A DNA stretch of 64,000 nucleotides from Paraspadella gotoi. Lineage: Eukaryota > Animalia > Chaetognatha. Within the stretch, counting starts at the first letter, position 1, and every line of letters starts with the position of its first letter. The notes under the pieces are model-generated. The model ran no database searches. It had not been told where the DNA came from and saw only the letters and a program-made list of their open reading frames with translations. Shown here piece after piece: positions 1 to 11,571 of this stretch. The translations under genes and the position numbers were made by a program. The stretch covers positions 6,189,992 to 6,253,991 of the forward strand of contig CM119267.1 in NCBI GenBank assembly GCA_051294375.1, given 5' to 3'.

Positions 1-215
1 TGCTAAGGTGGGACGGACGGACGGACGGACGGACGACGGACAGAACGGACGGACGGACATCATTTTTTTTTGCATAATTTATCATAATTCGATGTTCTGA
101 ACATGATATAAGTGTGTGCCCGACAATATTGGGCGGCGGACCGACGGACCGAAAAAGTGAGTTATAAAAGTGAGTTATAGAGTCGGGATCTGCTGATAAG
201 CAGATCCGACTAAAA
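1..215 (+). mobile_element. 3' end of a Helentron/DINE-like non-autonomous element (GGAC microsatellite, subterminal hairpin, A-tract) inside an SF3A3 intron
   Basis: (GGAC)n at ~11-58 and 137-150; duplicated AAAAGTGAGTTATA at 153-179; hairpin AGTCG-G-GATCTGCT-GATA-AGCAGATC-CGACT at 181-211 followed by AAAA. The architecture resembles HINE/DINE-1 ends; family assignment is inferred. Confidence 0.4.
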
Positions 216-775
216 TTAAATGCAACGAATAAAAAAACGAAAAAATTCCGAACAAAATTTTCCTTCTAATTCGAAATTGATTCCGTCGACTTGGAAGTTA
301 GGAATGTCGACGTCATGTGGAAAATCAATTTCAGTGACTTCCGCACACAAGTTTCCAATGAAGAAAACTGCAAAAAAAAATATTAATATAAAAAAAATAA
401 AAGATGAACTTCCACCAAAGCTTTTTGTATTTTTTTGCTCAACGAATAATCTACCCGAAGTCGCTCCTGAAGAACTTCTGCTGTATCGATTTGGATGCAC
501 ATGCCTCAACGTTCCAGGGCTTATTCTAAATTAAATTCCTTTAAGTATATCCTTTAAGTATATATATCCTTTAAGTAATGAAAATATTACCCGTATTTTT
601 GCCATATTTGTTCTCGCAGCACATTATCATTAGCTCCGCTCAAGTCGGGGAATTCTTTACGACAACCCTTTTTAAAAGAATCAATTATGGTTTTGCTTGG
701 TCGGATTGGATAGCTCCCATATTTAACGCTGCACCTGTCTGATTTTTATTAAATTTTCTTCCACACTTCTGTTAG

Positions 776-2669
776 GATGGGCTTCGGAAGGAAGAAGTTT
801 CTGCTCTGTCCGGCCCAAACGAGTTCGCTGAGTTTTATTCTCGCCTAAAATCCATCAAGGAGTTTCATAAGAAGCATCCCAACGAGATCACAGTTCCCAT
901 GTCCTTGGAATTTGAGGAGATAGCCAAGGTGCGTCCCTTGCACGGATTAGATTAATTAATGGAATTTTTGTTAGCAAATTATTTCATTTTGTTTGTTGCT
1001 TAACAATGCTTTTATTTTAAAAAAGTGAAATTTAATTTCGGTAACGTCATCATTTTTTTTGCAATTATAAATTTATTCCATTCAAAAATTACTATTAGAT
1101 TAAATTCTTACCAAAATGTTTAAATCTCAATAATAAGCGTTGATGTTCTAAACCAAAGGTCCGAGAGTCGGAAGCCAACGACGAGTCGACGAATCTCGCC
1201 GAATTCACAGACGAAGAAGGCTACGGTCGCTACCTCGACATGAACGAGTGCTACGACAAGTTCGTCAACCTTAAGGGCATAGAGAAGGTGGACTACCTCG
1301 CCTATTTGGCCACTTTTGACCACCTATTCGACGTCCCCAAGGACAAGAAGACCTCCGACTACAAGAAGTATCTCTCCGCGCTCCTCGACTACTTTTACGA
1401 CTACGTCTCCCGCGTCAAACCGCTTCATGACATCAACGAAGAGATGGAGGCCGTGGTAAAGGACTTCGAAGCTCAGTGGGAAGCCGGCACCTTCCCCGGC
1501 TGGCCCAAAGAGGCCTCCGGCGCCCTCACCCATTCCGGCGCTCACCTCGACCTCTCGGCCTTTTCGTCTTGGGAAGAACTGGCCTCCCTTGGATTGGATC
1601 GTCTCAAGTCCGGCCTGATGGCGCTGGGACTCAAATGCGGTGGGACTCTCGAGGAACGGGCTCAACGTCTCTTCCTTACCAAGGGAAAGGCGCTAGAGTC
1701 CTTGGACTCCTCGCTCTTTGCCAAGAACAAACCAGGAAAAGGAGGCAGCAGCGTTAAGGATCGGGAGAAGCAGAAGGAGATAGCCGCGCTCGAGGCTCAA
1801 GTCTATCGATTTTCCGGTACGAACGTTATTGATTTTAATGATCGATAAATTCGAGGATTCGCGAAAGACTTTTCTTATTTCGGCCAAATTCGTTAGAACT
1901 TCTTTCGGAACAAAGATCCGCGACGAGGGAAAACATCCAACGCAAACAAGCCCGAACGGACGCCGAGCGCGAGGAGGAAGAGGAGGAGGCCATGTCGGAT
2001 TCGTAAGTCTTTTTCACATCGATCTCGTTTCGAATTGACATTTTTCGCGGATTTTATTTTTCCAGAATAAAAACAGAGCAAACAAACAATTGCGGTAATG
2101 GTTGAAAAAAATTCTTATTATATTTTGATTATTATTATGTTATGTTATGATTTTTCGCGGATTGATCTTTATTTTTTTTACAGAGACTCGGATGACGACG
2201 AGAACGAAGTCATTTACAATCCGAAGAATCTCCCGCTCGGCTGGGACGGGAAGCCGATTCCCTACTGGCTATATAAGCTTCACGGTCTTAACATTTCTTA
2301 CAGCTGCGAAATTTGTGGAAATCAGGTGATTATTTTTTGCTAAGTTTATAATTTATATTTTGTTTTCATTATTTGAAATTTTTCAATAATTTTTTTCGGA
2401 CATAGACTTATAGAGGCCCCAAAGCCTTTCAACGGCACTTCGCCGAATGGCGGCACGCCCACGGGATGCGGTGTTTGGGGATCCCCAACACGGCTCACTT
2501 TGCCAACGTCACCTCCATCGAGGACGCCGTCGCTCTCTGGCAGAAACTTCGGGCCAACAAAGAACACGAGAGATGGAAGCCCGACCAGGAGGAAGAGTTC
2601 GAGGACAGCCTGGGCAATGTCATTCCCAAGAAAACTTTCGAAGACCTCAAACGACAGGGCTTGCTGTAA
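776..2669 (+). CDS. SF3A3: Splicing factor 3A subunit 3 (PRP9); 5' exon(s) upstream of the window; exons ~776-928, 1159-1816, 1896-2002, 2184-2325, 2406-2669
   Basis: Motifs [94 protein letters not shown]; GT-AG introns keep frame. Confidence 0.97.
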
Positions 2670-2851
2670 ATTTTTAGTCGAGAACTTTGAAAATAAAAAG
2701 ACGCATCACTACCCTAAGCCTAGAGTAGAAATATCCGCGGTCCATATTTTTTTGTCTCGATCGTACTTTGATCAAATTTTTTCATCATACACGTTGCATT
2801 TTGTCACCTTTCGTTTAAAAAAAATAAATTTCTTTCCATAAGAAGTCAAAC

Positions 2852-5296
2852 ATGTCGGACACGATTAGAAAGAGACATAAGGGTCATCAGGAAGACGAGG
2901 ACGGTTCAACCTCGAAGCGACGTCGTATTTCCAGCGGCTGCACCCAACATCTCGTCGCCAGCTCCTTTGCGCCCGACATTCCCTCCTTCCCCTCTTCTCC
3001 GTCTCTTCCCGACGAGATCTTGGAAAAGATTCTTTCTCTCCTTCCTCTCAATGATTTGTGCCGCGCGCGGCGCGTCTGCACGGCATGGGACCGCGTCGCG
3101 TTCCGGTGCGATTCTTGGAAAGCTGTCGACGCCGGGCGCCATTGGCGTCAAGACTTAAATCCGACGCCAGAATTACTGACCAAACTTAAGAAGCTTCGGT
3201 CTCTAAGATTCACCTCCAAGTTCGGTTACCGACACGTACCCCGCGTACGTGTCGACCCTTCCTCCAACAACTCCTTCGTCTATCCGCGCGGTCCAGACTT
3301 GGTCAAGTTGACGTCAGACTTGGAGTGCATCACCGTCGGCAACCCTATCCTCAAAGTCGTGAACACTATTTCGGCAGGCATATCCGGTTGCGTTTCCGAC
3401 GTGGAGAATTCCGAGCGACGACTCGACACTGCCTTTCGACGAATCAACGAACTAGAAACTCTTGCGGTCGACACGCGCCACCTGGGTTTCCCTTTAGTCC
3501 CCGCACTGGCGCGAATGACCTGGGCCAATACCTTAAAGCGACTCTGTCTCGTTCTCGGTCCCGAGCAAGGAGCGTTGACCCACCACCGTCCCGACCTAAA
3601 TCTTCGCGGCGAGGTAGCTTCTCGGACGAACCGCTTCACCGTAGGATCGCTAAAACCCTTGCCGCAGCTCTGTTCGTTGACGTCTTTTGAACTCGAACTC
3701 AGCTTCGACAACGTGGATGCGACTCTCGTGCCTCATTTTTTCGATCCGATCAAAAAGTGCGAAAAATTGCGAGAATTGAAGTTGGGCCTAGTTTCTCTCT
3801 TTCACGTTTTTAAGTATTGGGGCGGGCGCGCCTTCTCCGATGCCGCCGATCGTAAGCTCAACGACGCGTTGGATTCATTTTTCGCTCCCAAAAAAGACGA
3901 GATAAGTAACAGCTTGGAAAGACTCGAAGTTTTTCATTTAGTCAACCTAGAGGGACCATCCTTAGGCGATTCTGTTCATCCACAAGCCCTTACCCTCCGA
4001 TTAACTACTCTTTCCTTGCTCCTCTCCGCCGTCGAAAGAGTTAGGGATCTTTGCCTCACCGGGTTTCATTTTCCTCTGCCCGCGAATCCTCAGGGCGCGG
4101 AAAATCCTTTCGTTCACGTTCCTTCGACTCTAGAAGAACTCAGATTTCTCAATCACATGGAAAAATACAACGATCAAAGCTTGCTCCAGGTGGGTCTCGT
4201 CACGGCTCTCAACCAGCTGCCAAACATACATCGGCTGGAATGCGAACTGCCTCCCCTCTGCTGGTACGGACTTCAGCCCATCGTTAAGAAGCTTCGAGGC
4301 CTGGAAATTTTTGGCCTCGGTCTTTCCCTCGTTACCTCTTTTCTTCTAGTCATCGACAACATAGAGACGTTGACGATTCACGCCGAATTGATACTCAGCG
4401 CAGTCGAGATACTTCAGTTAGCTATATACCACTTGAGAAGCCTTCGAAGGTTTACCCTCTGCGACTCCAATAATCCAACTCCCGCTCTCCGTCACAGCCC
4501 AAAGATTTTGGCCCAAATTTTCGCCAACGGTCATTGGGTCCGGCTGTCGGCTCTTTGCCTCGACGTGTATGACTTCATTCCGGAGGCGTTGCGCAACATT
4601 TCAGCAAGCTGCTCTAATCTCGCAGAGTTGAAAGTCTTCGCCAGCCACGCTAACAACTTTTTCGGTCACAGCTTGGAGGTCGACGCCGAGGCGAAGGCCA
4701 TAGAAGCCTTTGAGAGCTTGGGGAATTTGGGTGGAACTCTAGAGGAATGTAGAATCGACGTTTCTTCGCGCTTCCTCTTCGACGAAGCGGACTGGCCAAG
4801 CGAGAAGTTGCGCAAAGTTTTTCCAAGACCGAAGGAATCCTTTGAGCGACTTAAAAAGCTGCTCTTTATCTACCGCTGTCAGCACGGTAACTTTTGCTTT
4901 TCTATCGTCGAACCATGGCAAGGCGGACTCGTACGAACCATTGACTTTTGGGACGACTCTGGCGAAATATCGCATTATCTGCCGGCGACGACGGACGACG
5001 CAGATGCCGCCTGGTCGTGGAGCGGAACAAGCATTGCGGCATTTCGTGAAAAAACCCGTTCGATGGTTGAGTTCGAGAACGGCCAGTGGATGTACGACGA
5101 CAATCCCGAGGACGATTTGGCCGAGGAGTGGGAGAATGACGCCGAAGAAGAAGTTGAGGAATTGGATTCGGGAGAGTCGGAGGACGACTTTGACGCGCCG
5201 GAGGAAATAGAACCTGTCGATGAGATCGTCGCCGTCGACGAACTTGATCATGCCCCAATCGAAGGGGTCGACGATGACGCTCAGAGCGCTGACTAA
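2852..5296 (+). CDS. F-box protein with LRR-like region and acidic C-terminal tail (intronless, 814 aa)
   Basis: F-box consensus LPDEILEKILSLLPLNDLCRARRVCTAW; repeated LxxLxL motifs; basic NLS-like N-terminus; D/E-rich tail. Confidence 0.8.
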   Translation: MSDTIRKRHKGHQEDEDGSTSKRRRISSGCTQHLVASSFAPDIPSFPSSPSLPDEILEKILSLLPLNDLCRARRVCTAWDRVAFRCDSWKAVDAGRHWRQDLNPTPELLTKLKKLRSLRFTSKFGYRHVPRVRVDPSSNNSFVYPRGPDLVKLTSDLECITVGNPILKVVNTISAGISGCVSDVENSERRLDTAFRRINELETLAVDTRHLGFPLVPALARMTWANTLKRLCLVLGPEQGALTHHRPDLNLRGEVASRTNRFTVGSLKPLPQLCSLTSFELELSFDNVDATLVPHFFDPIKKCEKLRELKLGLVSLFHVFKYWGGRAFSDAADRKLNDALDSFFAPKKDEISNSLERLEVFHLVNLEGPSLGDSVHPQALTLRLTTLSLLLSAVERVRDLCLTGFHFPLPANPQGAENPFVHVPSTLEELRFLNHMEKYNDQSLLQVGLVTALNQLPNIHRLECELPPLCWYGLQPIVKKLRGLEIFGLGLSLVTSFLLVIDNIETLTIHAELILSAVEILQLAIYHLRSLRRFTLCDSNNPTPALRHSPKILAQIFANGHWVRLSALCLDVYDFIPEALRNISASCSNLAELKVFASHANNFFGHSLEVDAEAKAIEAFESLGNLGGTLEECRIDVSSRFLFDEADWPSEKLRKVFPRPKESFERLKKLLFIYRCQHGNFCFSIVEPWQGGLVRTIDFWDDSGEISHYLPATTDDADAAWSWSGTSIAAFREKTRSMVEFENGQWMYDDNPEDDLAEEWENDAEEEVEELDSGESEDDFDAPEEIEPVDEIVAVDELDHAPIEGVDDDAQSAD

Positions 5297-5428
5297 TTAA
5301 TTCCAACCTAATACCTATTTAATTTAAAATAATTACGATTATCTTAGTAATATGTCCTGTCTAAATGTTTTAACTTTAGTTTCATTTCCTTCGTTTAGAT
5401 TAAGCTAAATTTGTTTTTAACATAAAAT

Positions 5429-7089
5429 ATGTCGGATAAAGCGGCAGCGAAAGTTCCTACTGTTCCGGAGACGCTTCTCAAGAAGCGTAAGGCGCAAGCT
5501 CAGCTTCGCGCCAAACAACTCAAATCTGCTTTGGTGCAGAAAAAGCAGGTTGGTGAACGAGGACCACAGATGTAGTTTTCTTTTAAGAGGTTATATGAAT
5601 ATATATGATATATATGTTTTTTTTTCGCAGGCACGGTTAAAGCGCTCGGAAATATTCAAGCGCGCCGAGAAATACGCCAAAGAATATAAACATGCCGAAG
5701 CAACGGAGATTCGAATGGCCCGGGACGCTCGTAAACACGGCAACTTTTATGTACCCTCGGAGGCTAAGCTTGCGATCGTCATTCGTATCAGGGGTATCAA
5801 TGGACTCCACCCCAGAGTTCGAAAGGTCAGCATCAAGATACCTTTTACCAACAGCCCGGATGCTTGTGATGTCCATTGGGATGGCTCATCTAGCTGTTGG
5901 CTTTGGGGGCTTCCGACCCTCAGTGACGCCTCCTTGTCACTGGCGCGGTTACCCTAGGACGGTTTCGCTTTGCCAACGCAGAGGGAAGTCGTTAGGATGG
6001 TCGCTTGGGATGGTGCGTTCTCCCTCTGAGCCAATGGGATTGACTGAATGAAGCTGGAGGTGAGGCGGTGTGAATATACCGCCACAACCTGCTTAAAATT
6101 CAAACCTTTTCGAAATGTTAAATCTTTGTTAACGTTTTATGAGAATATTTAATTTTAATACATGGAATGTTTTGACAACCAAATAATCAAATGTCTTTGT
6201 AATCGATTCCTTTCGATTAAAAAAGATCTCGCTTTAACTTATATATAACAATACCTGTGGTTTTCTTCACGCCTCCCATGTTTCATTCATTTTTGTATTC
6301 AATTCGTAAAAGCCCACCGGCGCATCTTGAGTTTGATGAAAATCACTTTATCATCCTTTTTTTTTCAAACCAGGAGTCAATGATATTCTAAGCTAAATTT
6401 TAAGGCTCCATATTTAAAGGCATTTACTTGTGACAAATAATTTTTGTTCTTTTTTTGTTTGCCGCCGTTTAAAGAAACTATCTGCCGAAAGAAAAGTATT
6501 TAAAAAGTATGAAAGATTACATGCAAGGTTTTAAGCCCGTTCGAATATATTTATTTTAACTTCGGTCCTCTCATTGTGTTTAGGTCCTTCAATTGCTTCG
6601 TCTTCGTCAAATCAATAACGCGACCTTTGTTAAGCTGAACAAGGCGACCCTCAGCATGCTGCGCATCGCCGACCCTTACATCGCCTGGGGATATCCTAAC
6701 CTCAAGTCTGTCCGCGAGCTCGTCTACAAGAGGGGCTACGGCAAGCTGCAAGGCCGCCGCTGCGCCCTAACCAACGAAATCATCGAGCAGCGCCTGGGAA
6801 AGTTCGGCATCATATGCATCGAGGACCTCATTCATGAAATCTACACCGTGGGGCCTCATTTTAAGGTTGGATAATAGGATTTATTGCGTATTGGCCGTTC
6901 ATTTATTAATTTTTAATTTGTCACTCGTGTATTTTTTGTTTTTGCCAGATGGCCAACAATTTTCTGTGGCACTTCAAACTCAACAACGCTCGCGGAGGGT
7001 GGCGCAAAAAGGCCAACCACTTTGTCGAAGGTGGCGACTTCGGCAACCGGGAAGACCTGATCAACCGTCTCATCAAGAAGATGCTTTGA
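5429..7089 (+). CDS. RPL7: 60S ribosomal protein L7 (uL30); exons 5429-5548, 5631-5825, 6584-6865, 6949-7089
   Basis: [84 protein letters not shown]. Confidence 0.98.
5826..6093 (+). other. GC-rich structured element at the 5' end of RPL7 intron 2 (candidate autoregulatory poison-exon extension or intronic ncRNA)
   Basis: Much more GC-rich than the rest of the intron. Stems: AGCATC/GATGCT (5829-5864), CAGTGAC/GTCACTG (5921-5942), CAGAGGGA/TCCCTCTG (5979-6028), TCCATTGG/CCAATGGG (5872-6038), GGCGGT/ACCGCC (6064-6083). In-frame TAG at 5955-5957 and a GAG|GTGAGG donor at 6060. Confidence 0.6.
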
Positions 7090-7326
7090 AAAGGAAAAGT
7101 AGATTAAAAAGAAGGAACTCCTGTTCGCTCTTTCCCTTTTTAAAAATAATTACATAAGAACGTTAAATTTACGAATTGTTTTTTTCGAATTTCCTAGAGG
7201 TTTTTATTAAAAAGCTCACGAGTTGATGTTTCGTTTTCAGTTTCAAAATTTAAAAGGAGGAAAAAACTTTTTTTTCAAAGTTGGCTTCTCACTCTCTTCC
7301 CTCTCTTCCCTTACTTTTCTGCGGTC

Positions 7327-10300
7327 ATGGTCCGCGTGCACCACTGCTTCCGGTTCGTCTCTCAAAAAGTTTTCTCCACTTGCGCTGAACCCACGGGCGC
7401 CTTCGCCGCTTCGGCCGACGGCTTCGTTTGCGTCGCGACGGAACAACGTCGAGTGGAAATTTTTCGTGTCCTCGACGGCGGCGTCGAATCGGTCGGTGGC
7501 TTCCCAACGGTCTCCGTCGCCCGGCGCCTCGGGATCTCCGACGCTCGCGATTACGTCGCCACGCTCGAGGAGAAAAACTTTCAGTCCTTCGTTCGCGTCT
7601 ACTTTCGATGGCGTCGCTTCATCTCGAGCGGCGGCGCCAGCGGCGAGGACGAAAAGTCTCCCGGCGCTGCGACCCGTGTTCGATTGGCCGTCGATGTCAT
7701 GGACGACTCGCCGGCGTCGGCGGATCCTCCACCACCAGCCGTCGATGATCTCATTCAAGTCGTGGAGGTGTCTCTGAAGGATCACGCATCCGCCGTGGCT
7801 GTCTGCCCAGCTTCTGGCGATTTGGGCGTCGCCGTTAATCGGGGCGTGTATCTCTACCGCGTCGTCGCCGAAGGAAAAGCGGCGACGTTGGTTCTTAAAT
7901 TTATTCTTAATCTTGATCAAGTGGCGTCGGACGTGACGCTCCTCAATCCTTTCGTCGGCGTCGTCTACGCAACAGCGGAGATAAAAGTATTTCGAATCGA
8001 TCGAATCGAGAACGAATGCGCTTCGCCGCGACGTTCACGGGCGTCGCAGAATTTTCACCCGCGCGTTTCGCGGACGCGTCGTCCGGTTCCTAGGGATTAC
8101 CAACTGAGTTTGGAGGGTGCCTTTGTCGGTTCTTGCAAATCCCCGCAGTCAACTCAGGAAGTCGTGTTTCTGCGTCGCCCTTCCGCCGATTATGCGGCAC
8201 CAGATACGCCAACCTCCTCGCTTACTGACGTCATCCTACTTCCGGCTATCGCCCAAGAACGTCGTTATGAAGGGACGGAGAATTTTGATATGGTCGACCT
8301 GGAGACGCTGGAAGCTCGTGGGCAGGACGAATTCGAAGACGGCGACGTTCTGGCAATTTCCGGAGAGGTCTACAAGCCGACTCTCTGCCTTTACAAAAGC
8401 TTCGTCGATGCCTCTGCCGCCGACCGTAAGGAAGCGGAGGGATTGGTAAAATTGAATCTTTTTGAAAGACCAGATTCTTCGGCAGCGTTTTGCGTTGCTA
8501 CCGGGGTCAAGGGGGGATTCATGCATGCGGTACCGCGCTTGGGGAGACGTTCCAGACTCTTGGCCAAATATCCCTTTACGTCCCCGCCGTTTTCCATCTT
8601 TTCGGACGGCACACTTCTTCACGCGCTAACCGACAATGGATTGGAATCTTTTCCATGTAGATCCTTCTTGAAGACTCTCTTGGATGAGAGTAGGAAGAAA
8701 GGGGCCTCGCTCGACGACCTTGTGATCTTGCGGGGGATGTTCCCCCCAGAAGAAGTGGCGCTTTTGGGACTGACATCATTCATCGGTGCGCAGTCGATGG
8801 TTCGTTGCGTTGATCACGTGATTTTGTTGACGAAGACACCGTCGACTTCTCGGTCAGACTCGTCTTGGGCCTTATACGCTCTTGAATCGCTGAATCTACT
8901 TGCGCTGCACGATGAATTGTTGAACTTAGCCGCCAGATACAAGACGGTCAGCCGCTCCGTCTGTGGCAACTTATTGCTGGAGAGTCATTTTTTGCTGCAC
9001 GGTCGCGTTAGCGTCGACAACGATGAAACTTGCGCCGCAAAGAAGGAAGTCGCCTCTCGTTGCTTCGAGTTTCAAGCTACGAAATTCCCGGACGGAGGGC
9101 ATGCCGAGTCTTACCTTTTCTCCTTGGCCGGGTTGAGCTCGGTCACCGAATTAGTCCGCGAGTGTCGTCGCGTTTCGGCGCTGGAAGAAACGTCAGCCCA
9201 TGTCAGCGTCTTCCATGAAATCGTCGTCAAATTGAGCGCCAAGATGGCGGCGTCGCTGAAATCCGAGGTCCCTCTCGCTGATGACGTGATCCACTTCTTG
9301 ATCGCCAGTCACGTCGAGACGCGCTCTTTCGAAGGGCTCGCCGCTTTGATAGTTGACGATGTTATACCTTTGAAGAACGTCCGCTGTCGCCCTCTTGTGA
9401 TTGAGGGTCTCCGCGAAAAAGCAACCCCGCTGGCCGGGGTCGTTCTTTGTTTTTTATCCGACGATGACGAGGAAAAGGCCTCGTTAATAAAACTAATGAA
9501 GCCGGACTTTTTGACGAGAACTTGTTTGGCAACGCCAACAGGTGGGTTCAAATAGAATATTAGGGTAAGCTCGTATTCCTTATGTTTATAAAATTATTAA
9601 AGATTTAAGTTTTAAAAACAATAAGGAAAATCTGGAACAGTTGGGGCAAGGCCTGTCTTGGGTGAGATAATGGTTTACTATATTGCTTCTTAGTGACGTC
9701 GTTGTCGTCGGCACGCTTTTTTTTCCATTGTTTACAAAAGTAACAAGAATGGATCGTCAGATGAAAAGAGGGCGTTCGGCAAGCGTTTCAGGCCTCACAG
9801 ACATTCGCGTAGCATTTGGTATTTTTCCTAAAGGATCTTTACCAACTCAACGCCACTGTCTTCAGATATGCCCATTACCAGAGTTAGCCGGCAACGCTTC
9901 TCCTTTTTCCTTTTGTGCATTCAATTAATTTCAATCAATTAATTTCATTTCATACAATTAATTTCATTCAATTAACTTTATGAAATTATTTAATTCTTTT
10001 CATTCAATTCATTTCATCAATGCATTTTATTCGGCTCATTTCATTCAACTCATTTAATTCAATTCAATTCATCTCGTTTGATTTTTAAACGTTTTCTTAT
10101 CAATGATTCCCGATCATCACATCAATAATTTTGTATCATCGCATTAATAATTTATTATTATTTCATCAATAATCAATTACTGTCACATCAATAATTCGTT
10201 ATCGCATCAATCATTCGTTTTTGTTTTTTTTTTCGGATAAATATCAACGAAGGAAGTAGGCGTGGTTTATTACGAATAATTTAGAGGAGTTTTATTTATA

Positions 10301-11482
10301 CAAATAAACTAGGAGATAATAATTATTGAGGGAGATTATGATAATTAAAACGATGGTTCAAAATACAAAGTAAATAGTTCATGAACTTAAGAATTTTGAT
10401 GTTAGTTTCTTGAGGGTAAGTTGAAGACTGCCTCGTTTTTTCTCTCATCTCTCTCCCATCGATTCCGTGATTGGTCAAGAGAGAAGAAAAGGCAGAAAAG
10501 CCAAACGAGACAAGCGAGTCAAACGAGACAAGCGAAACAAACAATCATTGTGATTTTTCATTAATTTTCTTTGGCGATTTAATTTTAAGATTTGATTTGA
10601 TTTTTTATTTTTTTTTTTGGGGGGGGGGTAGTATTATGCGAATCCTCGGCGTGGACTGTCTTCGGAAATCTTTTGATGAACCACCGTTTGGACGTCTTGA
10701 CGTCAATCGTCGTTCAACTCATTCAATCGGAACTAATGACGGAAGATACTGTCCTAAATTCTCTCTGCGAATTCGACCGTAAAGTCTCTTTTCTCGAGTC
10801 TCTCAACGCCGTTCATCCCTCGACAAAAATCGCCGAAGATCTTTTGGAACATTACCTGTCACGTTTAATCGAGAAATCACTCGAGCTTACTCTCCTCGTT
10901 AAAGTATCGCCTCGTCAGGACTGGTTGAACGAATTGCCTCCTTTCGACGGAAAGTCGCCGCCATTCGAAACTTGTCGGCGAAATGATTCGCTCGACGTCG
11001 ACCTCTGCGCCTGCGAATCTTGCAACGGCGTCCTTCTCCGAACGCAGGCGTTGATGGGCCAAGTCGGCGCCGTCTCGCCTCGAGTCGACGAGGCACTCGA
11101 TCGACTCGAACGGGCCTTTGTTTCTCTTCGCGTTCTGCGTCTGTTGAAGACCGATTTCGCCCAAGCGATGAAGTGGCTGGCGCGAAGCTGGCCCTCGACG
11201 CTTGCGCGTCACGTGGAACTTTTTTGCGGAAGCGAGGTTGATAAGTGGAAGGCAGCGGTGGCTGCCGTTGTCGCCGGCGAGGGTGACGAAGTGCGCGACT
11301 CGGTCCTTAAATCGGCGGCGATTTTGCTCAACAAACGCTCCTTTCTCGAATCGCTGCCCGCCGACAAAAATTCGCCGATGTTCGCTACTTGGTTAGATTT
11401 AAACGAGCGTTTGCGCCGCGTTGACGCCTCTCTCGACGTGCTGGCTAAGCGAGCCGGCAGGTTGAAAAAGTTTTTGTCGTGA
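7327..11482 (+). CDS. HPS3: BLOC-2 subunit HPS3 (Hermansky-Pudlak syndrome 3); exons 7327-9541, 10632-11482
   Basis: N-terminus MVRVHHCFRFVSQKV..EP, FPTVSVARRL, DYVATLEEK, FVRVYFRW and LHALTDNGLESF resemble HPS3. A phase-1 intron joins the 742-aa and 269-aa ORFs in frame. Confidence 0.82.
9918..10215. repeat. Degenerate AT-rich tandem repeats (ATTCA/ATTTC pentamers, then ATCAATAATT-like units) in the HPS3 intron
   Basis: Visible reiteration of ttcaatt/ttcattt and catcaataatt units. Confidence 0.6.
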
Positions 11483-11571
11483 TAATTGAGTTTTAAACGT
11501 TGCTACCTGTGATATAACGTAATTCTGTGATCCGTTATTCGAAATTCTAAGCTCAAAAAAGTTCATAAACG

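Noticed and set aside
216-534. Overlapping 97- and 104-aa ORFs
   Set aside because: They lie in AT-rich SF3A3 intron sequence, are low complexity and show no homology cues.
537-577. ATATCCTT motifs resembling U12 AT-AC donors
   Set aside because: They are part of a short tandem duplication (CCTTTAAGTATAT) inside an intron, with no upstream coding exon or matching AC acceptor.
5826-6093. Identification of the RPL7 intronic element as RNase P/MRP, U3, U17, SRP, telomerase or SL RNA
   Set aside because: I could not find the diagnostic motifs (CR-I/CR-V pair, U3 box A, U17 m1/m2, CTAACCCT template, Sm site), so it is left as an unassigned structured element.
10503-10540. 18-bp direct repeat AAACGAGACAAGCGA x2, considered as CRISPR-like
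   Set aside because: Only two adjacent units with no spacers, in a eukaryotic intron.
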